Source of the DNA: a candidate division WOR-3 bacterium
Lineage (GTDB): Bacteria; Hydrothermota; Hydrothermia; B15-G9; WFZT01
Direction: 5' to 3'
Assembly: GCA_027053075.1 (NCBI GenBank)
Contig: JALUEE010000027.1
Location: forward strand, 1 to 48,380
DNA: 48,380 bases
Under the pieces are notes generated by a model, which saw only the letters and a list, made by a program, of their open reading frames with translations, made no database searches and had not been told where the DNA came from. The translations under genes were made by a program, and so were the position numbers. Shown one piece after another: positions 1-10,162 of this stretch. How positions within the stretch are numbered: position 1 is the first letter of the stretch; each line of letters begins with the position of its first letter.

Positions 1-1
1 A

Positions 2-88
2 GGTGTGTGGAGTAAGCCAGAGCCGAGGTTTAAGGGTGTATTACCTGAGTTACACAGGATGTTTAGAGAAGTTTATGAGGAGGAGTGA
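2..88 (+). CDS. 3' end of a probable IS256-family transposase (partial, starts before the window)
   Basis: Frame 2 reads GVWSKPEPRFKGVLPELHRMFREVYEEE*, which resembles IS256 transposase C-termini, and is immediately followed by an IS256-type inverted-repeat sequence. Confidence 0.6.
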   Translation, partial: GVWSKPEPRFKGVLPELHRMFREVYEEE

Positions 89-94
89 AATGAT

Positions 95-123
95 GGTTTA
101 CACAAAATTCTTGACAAGTGTCC
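95..123 (+). mobile_element. IS256-like right terminal inverted repeat
   Basis: ggtttacacaaaattcttgacaagtgtcc matches the TTACACAAAATTCTTGACA pattern typical of IS256-family ends. It lies where the rve transposase on the minus strand stops looking like a transposase. The exact end is uncertain by a few bases. Confidence 0.6.
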
Positions 124-1086
124 CATTACCCTCAGCTCTCCCTCCGTCTCGTACCTCCTCCACCCTACATGCCTCCTCACAATCGAGTAATTCCTCGACT
201 CCACATACGCCGCATCATTCTTCCTGTACGGCCTCGACCTCGTAAATCTTATCCCCTCCTCATCACATAACCTCTTTAAATGCGCATTTATAAACTCTGA
301 TCCATTGTCCGTATGTATCTGCTTCACCCTGAAGGGCAATCCCTTCAATATCTCCCTCATCGCCTTCTCCGTCCACACCATCGCCTTGTTCTTCAACACC
401 CTTAACTCTGTTCACCCTGTCTTTATGTCCGTCACCGTGAGTGTGTACAAAAATTCCCCTCTGCCGCTTTCACCACTGTGGTGTACAAGGTCCACCTCCA
501 GGTGCCCTGTCTCCTTCCTGTCCTTCTCAAAATAACTCTCCACCTCTATCTCCTTCTTTATATGCGAACTGTATGGATTACTGCGGTATCTATTCCTTAA
601 TCTTTCCTTATCTCTTACTGGCCTTAATATCCTTTCTATTGTAGAAGCACTTATCTTTGATAATTGCTCCCTTGTCTCTTCGTCCGTGCCCTTCATGAAA
701 GGCATACGTTCTATCTCCTCCATATTTTCCTCTATAAATGCTTTCAAATGCTTCGACGATATGTGATCCGTTAGCCTCCAGAGATACACTATAACCTGGG
801 CCACCTTCTCACCGTACTTCTTTTTCCTTCCTCGCTTGTGAACTCTTAATTTCGTTATATCTCCTTTAAGAACAACACCTTTTCTCAATCTAATCCTTTT
901 ACCGTGTTTTCTTAGGAAGTAGCTTATGTATTTTCTGGAGAGGCCAGTGAGCATGGAGAGTTCATCGAGGATATTGGTTTTCAGTTTTTTAGAGGCTTTC
1001 CTGTATAATTTGGCATTATGAGCGATAAGGAGTCGTTTATTATTCATGGTCATCAGTCCTTTTGGGAAGGTGATTGAAGAACACAT
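124..1086 (-). pseudogene. rve-domain DDE transposase/integrase (IS481/ISNCY-like), inactivated
   Basis: ORFs 412..1086 and 73..399 are in the same frame, separated by a TGA at 412-414 (DIKTG*TELRVLKNKA, where W is expected). DDE motifs EVDLVHH, HTDNGSEF and RPYRKNDAAYVESRN are present. GGAGG SD precedes ATG 1086. The 3' end is cut by the IS256-like end. Confidence 0.85.
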
Positions 1087-1230
1087 GGGGGTTACCTCCT
1101 TTTTCAGTATAGAGTTTTTTGTTAGGAGAGAAGTATATTGGGAGGTAGCCCCTAAAAATAATTGTGGAGTAGGTAATTTTGAGGAAACGGAATCTTTTCG
1201 GGTAGATTATTTTTGACGAAGATCGCCCAC

Positions 1231-1259
1231 TTGACCCCTTAACTTACAACCTTCAAAAT
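1231..1259 (+). promoter_or_regulatory. putative sigma70 promoter, leaderless comF
   Basis: TTGACC-N17-CAAAAT-N6-ATG(1266); no SD. Confidence 0.4.
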
Positions 1260-1265
1260 TCAGAA

Positions 1266-1979
1266 ATGATCAAGGTCCTTAAACCCATTGTTGATCTCAT
1301 CGCCCCTCCCCTATGCCTCATCTGCGAAAAACCCACCGAAAAAGTTGTATGCGATACCTGTCGGTCAAAAATTGATAAAACCCTTGAGATAAAAGAAAAT
1401 TTCTGTCTCAAATGTGGCGGTGTTTTTGATGGACGTGTTTGCCCAAGATGCAGGGACACCAAATTTGTATTCGAGTTCAATCGTTCGGTTTACATTTATA
1501 AAAAACCGGTTAAAGACCTGATTGAGGATTTTAAGTATAGAGGGATCAAAAGGACGTCAGATTTCATGGCCGAGAAAATGGCCAATCTTATAGAGAAAGA
1601 GTTTCCACAAATTGACTTTCTTATTCCTATCCCCATTCACCCTACAAGAAAAAGAGAAAGGGGATTCTCCCAAACAGAGTTAATTGTAGAAAAAGTTTCA
1701 CAAATTACCGGAATTCCCTGCGATTGTTCGAGCCTGATAAGGGTAAAACATACAAGGGTGCAGGCCAATCTTTCAAAAGATGAGCGCAAGGAAAATCTCA
1801 AGGGCGCTTTTAAACTTAAAAATGCGGAAAAATTCAAGGGCAGGTCAATTCTCCTGGTAGACGATGTTATGACCACCGGAACCACCGTGAACGAGGCAGC
1901 CAAGGTATTTAGAAGATTTCGCAGCATAAGGGTTTATAGCATCACCTTTGCGATTGCAGTTTACGGAAGTCGGTCCTGA
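1266..1979 (+). CDS. comF: ComF family protein (double zinc ribbon + phosphoribosyltransferase-like domain)
   Basis: Four CxxC pairs at the N-terminus, then RERGFSQ and the PRT motif LLVDDVMTTGTT. Confidence 0.9.
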   Translation: MIKVLKPIVDLIAPPLCLICEKPTEKVVCDTCRSKIDKTLEIKENFCLKCGGVFDGRVCPRCRDTKFVFEFNRSVYIYKKPVKDLIEDFKYRGIKRTSDFMAEKMANLIEKEFPQIDFLIPIPIHPTRKRERGFSQTELIVEKVSQITGIPCDCSSLIRVKHTRVQANLSKDERKENLKGAFKLKNAEKFKGRSILLVDDVMTTGTTVNEAAKVFRRFRSIRVYSITFAIAVYGSRS

Positions 1980-3270
1980 ATGTGAGCATAAGCAAGTACA
2001 AAATAGTCAGGCCGAAAATCCAAAAAGAGCTGAAAAATATATAAATTGCTACAAGCACAATGGATATGGCAAGCACCGGGTCAAATTTTATCAACTCCAC
2101 GTCCCTTACGCGAAGTTTTATGTAAATACCTGCAAAAACATGACCTATAGGGTATGCTGCTGCCAGTCCTGCAAGTCCGTAGTATTTGCCCAAAATCACA
2201 AAGGAAACAATAAAAACGACCATCCAGATGAAGTTGTGGATGAAATAGGCCTTCATCTCTCCTATAGAGCGCAGAAACGTGGCATCAACCGAATAAGTAG
2301 AGCTAATGACAAGCCCTACGCCAAGTATCAGGAGTGCTCTGAACGCATCGAGATAGGAGCTTGTTGAGATTAGAATTATCAGCAATTTTCCAAAGACCAC
2401 ATATCCAAGAAAGAAGGCCGTTGAAAAGATAACATAAATTTTTTTAAGTTCCACAAGCACGGGGATAATTTCATCCTTTCGAGAGTCCCTCAAACTTATT
2501 TCAGGCGAAACAACGTCCAGGGGGACCTGAAAGACGCGACGCGAAAAATTGTCGATCCTCTTTGAAATGGTGAATGACGCGAGCACCTCGTAGTTCATCA
2601 CAAGCGGCGTAATTATCCTGTATAAGTACATGAAAATGGGCTGGAATATCTGATCTAAAAAGGCATACTTCCAGAATCCTTTGATTTCGAGCAGAATCGG
2701 CCTCAAAGAGACAAGGTCAAAAGTCGCCGGAAATACAAAATAAAAACCAAAAAGTACAGCAGCACCCGCCAGCATGAAAATAATACCAAGATTACCGACA
2801 GTTAGCGCCTGACGCTCAAGATAAATGAGTGTTATCAGCACAATGGACCTGAGGAGTGTCAGCCAGAAAAGGAATTTCATCTTAGAGCTCCCGATCAGAT
2901 AAGAGCCGATAAGTGGAAGGGCGCTAAATACGTATATTCCAGTAAACATCACCCAGAACGAAAGAGAATGGTAAAGAGTAATTCCAATCAGTAGCGACAG
3001 GAAAAGACCCGTAAAGTAAACGAGCATGGAAAAATTGAAAAGCGTAAGGTTTTCTCTTTTGCTGAACTTGGGCACGTATCGAACGAAAACGAAAGAAAAA
3101 CCAGCCTGAGATACAGTGGCGATAAAGGATGCAATTCCAATGATAAAAAAGATTTTACCCACCACAAGCTTGGGCAGGAACAGGGTGATGATTTTAATTT
3201 GAATTAATGTGGCGAGGACTTCAACAAATCTTGTCGAGTAAAGCAGTAAAGTGTTTTTGACAATTTTCAT
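1942..3270 (-). CDS. oligosaccharide flippase / polysaccharide biosynthesis exporter (Wzx/MOP-like)
   Basis: 442 aa with about 12-14 hydrophobic segments, N-terminal KIVKNTLLLY and C-terminal YGLAGLAAAYPIG typical of Wzx-like exporters. Confidence 0.7.
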   Translation of the reverse strand: MKIVKNTLLLYSTRFVEVLATLIQIKIITLFLPKLVVGKIFFIIGIASFIATVSQAGFSFVFVRYVPKFSKRENLTLFNFSMLVYFTGLFLSLLIGITLYHSLSFWVMFTGIYVFSALPLIGSYLIGSSKMKFLFWLTLLRSIVLITLIYLERQALTVGNLGIIFMLAGAAVLFGFYFVFPATFDLVSLRPILLEIKGFWKYAFLDQIFQPIFMYLYRIITPLVMNYEVLASFTISKRIDNFSRRVFQVPLDVVSPEISLRDSRKDEIIPVLVELKKIYVIFSTAFFLGYVVFGKLLIILISTSSYLDAFRALLILGVGLVISSTYSVDATFLRSIGEMKAYFIHNFIWMVVFIVSFVILGKYYGLAGLAAAYPIGHVFAGIYIKLRVRDVELIKFDPVLAISIVLVAIYIFFSSFWIFGLTILYLLMLTFRTDFRKLQSQR

Positions 3271-4124
3271 CTATGTTGGATTATTCTCAAGCCTCTCACC
3301 TTCTGGAAATATGCATCAAAATTAACCTTCCCCTGAATTGTATCCACTGAGAGTGGATCGATTTTCAACAACGCGTAGTATCCCTCCTGTGTGTAAACTG
3401 CGATGTATTGGGCATTTATCCAGTTGTTCGAGCCCACCTGTACACCGGTGCCGTATTGCGAGGAATCAGGAAGGATCTTTCTCCTCGTTGCATAATCGGT
3501 TATGAGATAAAACCTGGTATTCTTGAAGGAACACCGATAATGAATAAGCGAAGAATCGTGGGGAAATCTATACACAAGGTTGGATGAAACAAACCAGTAC
3601 GGTCCACTCCACCCGGTATCCATATCTGTCATGTAAAAATCAATTTTGAAGCAGTGTGTTGGGAGCTTCATCGGGAAAAGGCCACCGTATCCGCTGGTCG
3701 TATCGAACCCAAATCCCGAATAGTAGAGAGGAGATTGCTCCTTATCCAGCTCATAAATGGTGATATTCGATGTGTGTATAGGCACAGTGGAATCAATATT
3801 TGAAGGGTTGCTCTCGCCGAGATCAAAAGAATACGCGGTAACGTAGTAGTAACCTGTGGTATCTCCTGGAGTCACCGTATCGTAAAGTGCACCTGTTGTA
3901 TCAATAGGCTTGAAGGCTGTGTCATAAATGGATTTAAAGTAAACAATATATCCGTCTGGAATTCCAGAATCAGGTGCATCCCAGTCAAGCCTCACCGTGA
4001 TCCCGCTATTTGCCGAACTTAACCGCAGGTTTTTAGGCGGAGGAAGTTTCTGAGTAGCCGGATACTCTTCAATCGCACATCCACCTACAATCATTATGAG
4101 CAATACGAGACCAAGTTTTTTCAT
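3267..4124 (-). CDS. lipoprotein with FN3-like N-terminal domain, unknown function
   Basis: Signal peptide with lipobox IVGGC, FN3-like PPKNL...LDWDAP...GYIVY...YYVTAY...ESNPS. Paralog at 34849..35622. Confidence 0.7.
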   Translation of the reverse strand: MKKLGLVLLIMIVGGCAIEEYPATQKLPPPKNLRLSSANSGITVRLDWDAPDSGIPDGYIVYFKSIYDTAFKPIDTTGALYDTVTPGDTTGYYYVTAYSFDLGESNPSNIDSTVPIHTSNITIYELDKEQSPLYYSGFGFDTTSGYGGLFPMKLPTHCFKIDFYMTDMDTGWSGPYWFVSSNLVYRFPHDSSLIHYRCSFKNTRFYLITDYATRRKILPDSSQYGTGVQVGSNNWINAQYIAVYTQEGYYALLKIDPLSVDTIQGKVNFDAYFQKVRGLRIIQHR

Positions 4125-4127
4125 TTC

Positions 4128-5057
4128 CTATCCTTTAAATAAATTTTTCACAACAAAGAAAACGTTAGCAGGCCTTTCTGCAAGCCTCCTCATGAAATAC
4201 GGATACCACTCAGTTCCGTATGGAATGTAGACTCTCATTGTATAGTTTTTTCTTGCAATTTCAAGCTGTAGGTCTCGCCTGATTCCGTAAAGCATCTGAA
4301 ACTCAAAGCTATGGTCCGGGATTTCGTTAGATTTTATATAATTCTCGGCAAAGTTGATAATTCGCTCATCGTGAGTAGCGATGGCGGTGTGAACCCCCTT
4401 CTCGTGTGCATCAAGAAGCATTTTAAGTAGTTTTATGTAGTTTGCATCGACATCTTTTTTCTTGGGAAATGCAATGTCCGGAGGCTCTTTGTATGCACCC
4501 TTGCAAAGCCTCACGTTAGCTCCCACCTCAATCAAATTTTTAATATCCTGCTCACTTCTGTAAAGGTAGGCCTGGATGACCACGCCAACGTGATTTCCAA
4601 ATTCCTCATGCAGCCGATAATAGGTTTCAAGTGTTCGATCAGTATAGCTTGAGTCCTCCATATCGATGCGAATAAAGTTGTTGTACTGAGCTGCCCTCTC
4701 GACAACTCTCCTTACATTGTCGTAACAGAAATCAAAGCTTATATCCATTCCCATCTGCGTGAGTTTCAAAGAAGCGTGACTTTTGACCTTATTTCGCTCT
4801 ATTTCATCCAGAATACGAATATACTCGTTAGCCGCCTCGATAGCTTCCTCTTTTGATGTGACATTCTCTCCCAGATGATCAAGGGTACCAAATATGTTCT
4901 TTTCATTTAGCTCTCTTACCACATTAATGGCATCCTCGAGGGTTTCCCCTGCGACAAACCTCATCGCGAGGTTACGCGTAGGTGCAAACTTCATAAAAAG
5001 TCCCTCTAACTCACGTCTGTGCGACAGATAGATGAAAAATGCCCGCATTATTCCCAT
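4128..5057 (-). CDS. putB: monofunctional proline dehydrogenase
   Basis: Motifs RFVAGET, SLKLTQ, IDMED, QAYLYR, RLCKGAY, IATHD, FQMLYG and YFMRRLAERPAN. Confidence 0.93.
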   Translation of the reverse strand: MGIMRAFFIYLSHRRELEGLFMKFAPTRNLAMRFVAGETLEDAINVVRELNEKNIFGTLDHLGENVTSKEEAIEAANEYIRILDEIERNKVKSHASLKLTQMGMDISFDFCYDNVRRVVERAAQYNNFIRIDMEDSSYTDRTLETYYRLHEEFGNHVGVVIQAYLYRSEQDIKNLIEVGANVRLCKGAYKEPPDIAFPKKKDVDANYIKLLKMLLDAHEKGVHTAIATHDERIINFAENYIKSNEIPDHSFEFQMLYGIRRDLQLEIARKNYTMRVYIPYGTEWYPYFMRRLAERPANVFFVVKNLFKG

Positions 5058-5070
5058 TGCCTGTCTCCTT

Positions 5071-5997
5071 TCACTGATAGACTACTCTGTTTTTCCCCGA
5101 GACCTTGGCCCTGTACATCCTCATATCAGCGATTTTCACAAGGTCGTTGACGTTTCTCGGGTTATCTTTAAGAAGCTCAGCAACGCCGAGGCTGACCGTT
5201 ACCTTTATTTCGACGTTGCCATGTTTAAATCTTTGCGTCTCCACATTTTTTCTTATTCTCTCTGCAATCTCCACGGCCTTATCCATGTCCGCCTTTGGTA
5301 ATATAACAATAAATTCTTCTCCTCCATAACGCCCCACAAAATCAAACTTCCTTACACTCTTTGAAATGGTTTCCGCCACCAATTTTAAAACTCTATCCCC
5401 TACCTCATGACCGTAGGTGTCATTTATATGCTTGAAATTGTCTATGTCTATCATTAGAAGGGCGAGAGGTTTTTTATCCTCTTTGTGCCTTTTGAAAAAT
5501 TTCTTTAGCTCCTCAAAAAGATACCGCCGGTTCGGAACACCTGTTAGCTGATCAATAAGGGAAAGTCTCCTGTATTTTTCTCTCTCTTTTAACATTCGGC
5601 GAAGCCTCAAATGGACCTTTATCCTTGCTCTGAGCTCGTCTGGCTTATAAGGGATTTGAACAAAATCTTCTACTCCAAGATTGAGACCCTCCGAGGCCAC
5701 CTCTTCATTATCAATGCTGGAGACGAGAATCACCTGAATGTCCCCATACCCATTTTTTTCCATCCACCTGATGATATCTGTCCCCTTTATGTCCGGAAGA
5801 TTGTAATCAAGGAGCACCAGATCAGGCTTAAATCTCTCGATCATCTTTTTTGCATCTTCACCGGTTTTGGCTTCGTAAATCTCAAATTTAAACTCACCCT
5901 TTTCATCTGGAAAAAGAACCTGCTTTTTATAAAGCATCCTCTGGAGGTCAGAGTCATCAACGATTAAAACTCTGAAGGTTTTCAGCTTAGAACCCAT
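5071..5997 (-). CDS. response regulator diguanylate cyclase (REC-GGDEF, WspR-like)
   Basis: REC (IVDD, LLDYNLPD) plus GGDEF domain with DQLTGVPNRR, DIDNFK, RxxD I-site (RKFD) and GGEEF. Confidence 0.92.
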   Translation of the reverse strand: MGSKLKTFRVLIVDDSDLQRMLYKKQVLFPDEKGEFKFEIYEAKTGEDAKKMIERFKPDLVLLDYNLPDIKGTDIIRWMEKNGYGDIQVILVSSIDNEEVASEGLNLGVEDFVQIPYKPDELRARIKVHLRLRRMLKEREKYRRLSLIDQLTGVPNRRYLFEELKKFFKRHKEDKKPLALLMIDIDNFKHINDTYGHEVGDRVLKLVAETISKSVRKFDFVGRYGGEEFIVILPKADMDKAVEIAERIRKNVETQRFKHGNVEIKVTVSLGVAELLKDNPRNVNDLVKIADMRMYRAKVSGKNRVVYQ

Positions 5998-7118
5998 TTC
6001 ATCCCTTCCATCGCCTCATTTACAAAGTTCCTCAAAACGTTATATCTGATGTTAAACTCTCGATCAATAGGGCTTAACGGGACGCGCCTCTCAAGCATGT
6101 CGTTGATTCTCATACACTCATTGAAAAACTTTGTATTGTCCCCAATTTCCTCATACAGTTGAGCAAGCTGATAATGGATGAAATATATTCTGTCATTGAT
6201 TTCACGGGCCTTTTCGAGGTTGTAGATCGCATTTCTGATGCTTCCATCTTTGAGGTGTCTCAAGGCAGTAAGGATTAGAGTCTTAACATCTTCCTCCTCG
6301 TCTACTGCCTTTATCTTCTCTTCCACGTCCTCTTCTAACTTCTCAGACTCTGAAGCTGGGGCCTCAGCCACCTTTTCCACCCTGTGCTTCCGAAAAACGG
6401 TAACGCCTTTTATTTCCTCAGGGTATAATCCATTTTCCACGCCAATGAGGTACTCAGAGACACCGAGAATAATATAACCATCGTCGTAAAGCGCGTTCTT
6501 AAGGTTTGCAATGGCGATCTTTTTTGCCCTCTCGCTGAAATACATGAGCACGTTTCTAACAAATATGACATCAAATCTCCCATTTGATCTGGGAACGGGC
6601 TCGAGAATATTGTGTCTAAAAAATTCAACCCTTCTGTATCTGTTCCTCAATTTAAACCTATTGCCCGCGATTTTTTCAAAATAAAGTTGAATCTCTTTTT
6701 CTTTTAAAGCCCTCAGTGAGGACTTTGTGTAAACGGCCTCCCGCGCCTGCTCCAGCGCAACACGGCTGATATCAGAGGCGAGGATTCGGCATTCGTAATT
6801 ACATCGACTGCCAAGCATTATTGATATGGAGTAAGGTTCCTCTCCTGTGGAGCATCCAGCGCTCCATATTTTGACACGGCTTCTTTTCTCAAGAATATCG
6901 AAATAGATATAGTCTTTTAAGACTTCAAGATGCCCCTTCTCCCGGAAGAAATAGGTTTCTTTAATAAGTATGTCTTCCATGAAGCTCTCAAGTTTCTTTT
7001 CGCTGTTGAGAAGTTCCTCAGGGGCGAGGTTTCTCATTTCAAGCTCAATTTTAATTTTGTCTTCATCAAAAATAACACCGCACCTTCTCTCGATTTCCTC
7101 TATAACCCTGTTTATCAT
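5982..7118 (-). CDS. cheR: chemotaxis methyltransferase CheR with C-terminal TPR-like region
   Basis: ETYFFRE, IWSAGCSTGEEPYS and RNVLMYF; helical TPR-like tail as in WspC/FrzF. Confidence 0.92.
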   Translation of the reverse strand: MINRVIEEIERRCGVIFDEDKIKIELEMRNLAPEELLNSEKKLESFMEDILIKETYFFREKGHLEVLKDYIYFDILEKRSRVKIWSAGCSTGEEPYSISIMLGSRCNYECRILASDISRVALEQAREAVYTKSSLRALKEKEIQLYFEKIAGNRFKLRNRYRRVEFFRHNILEPVPRSNGRFDVIFVRNVLMYFSERAKKIAIANLKNALYDDGYIILGVSEYLIGVENGLYPEEIKGVTVFRKHRVEKVAEAPASESEKLEEDVEEKIKAVDEEEDVKTLILTALRHLKDGSIRNAIYNLEKAREINDRIYFIHYQLAQLYEEIGDNTKFFNECMRINDMLERRVPLSPIDREFNIRYNVLRNFVNEAMEGMKWVLS

Positions 7119-8158
7119 TTTCTTGAGACCTCACCCGCTTTTACGAGGAACTCAATAATTTCTTTAAGTGAAGAAGTTTTTTCTACAGCCCCAATCTCGA
7201 CAGCCGCACCTGGCATGCCGAAAACAACACAATCCTCTGCCCTCAGGGCAAATACTTTTGCGCCTCTTTCTTTCATCTTCTTGAGCCCGGCGGCTCCATC
7301 CTTACCCATACCCGAGAGGATAACGCCAATGGCTTTATCTCCATAAACCTCGGCAACAGACTCAAAAAGAACATCGGCAGAGGGTTTCTGATTGTTCACC
7401 GGCGGTCCATCATCAAGAAAAATCTTCCTCTCTGGTGTAACCTTCATATGATAGCCAACTGGGGCAACATACGCAGTAGTGGGATGCGCATCTTCACCGC
7501 TTTTTGCAAGTTTCACCTTGATACTCACGGTCTTATCAAGCCACTCTGCAAACCCCTCATCAAAACCAGGAGCAATGTGCTGAACAATAAAAACCGGCAT
7601 GGGATAATCAACAGGAAGGGCTGAAAGAATCTGGTGAATTAGCTTTGGTCCACCGGTAGAAGCCCCGATTGCAACTGCTTCAAACTCATGCTCCGGCATT
7701 TCCACTTTGGGCTTTGGTAGAGCTATGGTAGAAATTTCAATGTGAGGCACCACATGAACTTTTGAAACCTCTTTTACATTCTTAATAATCTCACTCGCAA
7801 TCTGCATCCAGCTCTGACCTTTTTCTATTGAGGGTTTCTCCATTACATTTACGGCGCCTCTTCTAAGGGCTTCCATGGATGAGAATTTTTCAGATTTATT
7901 GACTACGGACGATAAAACCAGAATGGGGATGGGTTCCTTTGACATTATTTTCTTGATTACTTCCAGCCCGTCCATTTTGGGGAGCTGCAAATCGAGTAGG
8001 ATAACATCTGGTTTCAGCTCAAGGGCTTTTTCAACCGCCTCCTCGCCATCTGTAGCTTCACCTATAATCTCTATCTCTGGATCATTCTCCAGCAACTTCT
8101 TTTCAAGAATCCTCTGTGTCGGCGAGTCTTCAACGAGCAAAACTCTAATCTTTCCCAC
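7115..8158 (-). CDS. cheB: chemotaxis methylesterase CheB
   Basis: REC domain plus GASTGGP, VQHI and GMGKDG catalytic motifs; GTG start. Confidence 0.95.
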   Translation of the reverse strand: MGKIRVLLVEDSPTQRILEKKLLENDPEIEIIGEATDGEEAVEKALELKPDVILLDLQLPKMDGLEVIKKIMSKEPIPILVLSSVVNKSEKFSSMEALRRGAVNVMEKPSIEKGQSWMQIASEIIKNVKEVSKVHVVPHIEISTIALPKPKVEMPEHEFEAVAIGASTGGPKLIHQILSALPVDYPMPVFIVQHIAPGFDEGFAEWLDKTVSIKVKLAKSGEDAHPTTAYVAPVGYHMKVTPERKIFLDDGPPVNNQKPSADVLFESVAEVYGDKAIGVILSGMGKDGAAGLKKMKERGAKVFALRAEDCVVFGMPGAAVEIGAVEKTSSLKEIIEFLVKAGEVSRK

Positions 8159-10159
8159 TTATCTTCCCTCCAGATATTTTCGTATAATTTCAAGGAACTT
8201 AGCCGGGTCAAACGACCCTTTTGTTAGATATTCGTCAGCACCTACCTCTTTACCTTTCTTCCTCTCCTCTGCACTTCCGAATGACGTTAACATTATAACA
8301 GGTAACGCTTTTAAATGTGGAGTTTCTCGTATGTATTTTGTAAGCTCATAGCCATCCATCTGAGGCATGTTAATATCTGTCACCACAAGATCAAAGTCTT
8401 CTTTTCCGAGTTCACGCATGGCCTGAATACCATTCTCAGCTGTAACAACTTCATAGCCCGCTCCCCTTAAGAGGCCAGAGACAACTTCCCTCGTGGCAGG
8501 GGAATCATCCACAACGAGAATTCTCTTTCTTTTGACTTCCTCAGGTCTCACGTGGGATTTAATCTCTTCTCTAAACTTCAGCATGGATTCCATGATGGAC
8601 ATTTCTGAGAGATCAATGAGATATGCGATATTCTCGGTAGAAAGGGGAACAAATCCCTTCAACATGCTCAGGTTTTTGAGCGGACCGGACATTCTCTTGA
8701 TGACAACTGATTCCTCTCCCACGATTTCATTAACCATATAACCAATTCGGTTTCTACGCGTAACTATCAGATATTCAAGGCCCTCTCCTGCTGGAACGAG
8801 GTCCACAACTGGTATTCTCTCCTCTCCCACATCGTAGTATTTCCGACCGTTTGACAGAGTTATAAGCCGATTTTTCTCAATCCTTATGATGTTTTCCACA
8901 TGGTAAGAAGGATAAGCAAAGGTAAATTCACCGATCCTAAAGAAAATAAGGTTAACGGTGGCAATGGTTAATGGTAATATGAGCTCGATGCGTGTTCCGT
9001 AGCCCGGTGTTGTCTCGACGCTAATCTCTCCACCGAGCTCCTCTACCCTCGATTTCACCACATCCATCCCCACACCTCTTCCTGACATGTCGCTTACCCG
9101 CTCCTTTGTAGAAAATCCGTGGATAAAAATGAGGTCTATTTTTTCCTTCTCACTTAAGTGTGCTGCTGTTTCCTGGTCAATTATTCCTTTTTCAACCGCT
9201 TTTTTTACAACCTGCTCTGTATCTATTCCACGTCCATCATCCTCAATCTGGATAACTACTTTCCCCTCTCGCTCAAAGGCAGACAAATACAGGGTTCCAT
9301 ATTCTGGCTTTCCCTTTTTAACCCTCTCCTCCGGGGGTTCTATTCCATGGTCAAGTGCGTTTCTTATGAGATGAATAATTGAATCAAGGATGGAGTCCAG
9401 GATACGTTTATCGATTTTGATATCAGTGGACCTGAGATTGACCTTCACTTTCTTTCCCAGTGAGGTGGCAATCTCGTAAATAGGCCGGGTGATGGAGTCA
9501 AAAACTTTGGAAACGGGCACAAGACGTAAATCAGAAATTTCCATTGTCAGTTGATGTAAACTCTTCCTGAAAAAGTCAAAATCGCTCAATAATTTTTCAA
9601 TTATTTCAGCAGTCTTTCGGTCTTCTATCTGGCTTAAAAGGTCTTTTCTATAGCGCACAATCCCAACTGTTCGCATGTAGAGGTCTTCCAGCTTTTGTGA
9701 GAGTTTTTCTATCTGCTCATATTCAACAGGTATAAATTTCCAGACATCCTCGACTTCAAAGCTTTTCGTGATTTCTACCGTGCCCTCACCCTGCAATTTA
9801 TCCGGATTTTCGAGAACCTCAAGCACAGACTTTTCATCTGATTCGCCCTTTTCTATGGCATTTCTGATGTAATCAACAGCCCTGAGAGCAGCCTTAACCA
9901 TTTTTTCGGTTTCAACTTCCCCGCTTCTATACCTCTTTATTAATGTCTCAAGTGCATGTGCCACCTCGCCTGTTCTGGAGTACCCCACCATCCTTGCTGC
10001 CCCTTTAATGGTGTGGGCCTCACGCTGGAGGTTATCGAGAATCTCCTGGTCCTCGGGATTGCTCTGGAGTGCGATTAAACCGTCTTCTATATTTTTTAAT
10101 CTACCACGAACCTCATCCTTGAAGACATTGATAATTTCGTCGAAACCTTCGATGCCCAT
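8159..10159 (-). CDS. cheA: hybrid CheA histidine kinase with C-terminal receiver domain
   Basis: HPt REAHTIKGAA, HATPase HLIRNALDHG / DDGRG / GRGVGMDVV, CheW-like domain and C-terminal REC (VVDDS...TDINMP). Confidence 0.95.
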   Translation of the reverse strand: MGIEGFDEIINVFKDEVRGRLKNIEDGLIALQSNPEDQEILDNLQREAHTIKGAARMVGYSRTGEVAHALETLIKRYRSGEVETEKMVKAALRAVDYIRNAIEKGESDEKSVLEVLENPDKLQGEGTVEITKSFEVEDVWKFIPVEYEQIEKLSQKLEDLYMRTVGIVRYRKDLLSQIEDRKTAEIIEKLLSDFDFFRKSLHQLTMEISDLRLVPVSKVFDSITRPIYEIATSLGKKVKVNLRSTDIKIDKRILDSILDSIIHLIRNALDHGIEPPEERVKKGKPEYGTLYLSAFEREGKVVIQIEDDGRGIDTEQVVKKAVEKGIIDQETAAHLSEKEKIDLIFIHGFSTKERVSDMSGRGVGMDVVKSRVEELGGEISVETTPGYGTRIELILPLTIATVNLIFFRIGEFTFAYPSYHVENIIRIEKNRLITLSNGRKYYDVGEERIPVVDLVPAGEGLEYLIVTRRNRIGYMVNEIVGEESVVIKRMSGPLKNLSMLKGFVPLSTENIAYLIDLSEMSIMESMLKFREEIKSHVRPEEVKRKRILVVDDSPATREVVSGLLRGAGYEVVTAENGIQAMRELGKEDFDLVVTDINMPQMDGYELTKYIRETPHLKALPVIMLTSFGSAEERKKGKEVGADEYLTKGSFDPAKFLEIIRKYLEGR

Positions 10160-10162
10160 GAT

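Noticed and set aside
412..414. TGA recoded as Trp (alternative genetic code)
   Set aside because: Other genes end in TGA (e.g. comF and the GGDEF gene) and use TGG for Trp. A single case in a dead IS is better explained as a nonsense mutation.
3..644. Plus-strand ORFs 3..245, 305..535 and 441..644
   Set aside because: They are low-complexity antisense shadows of the transposase.
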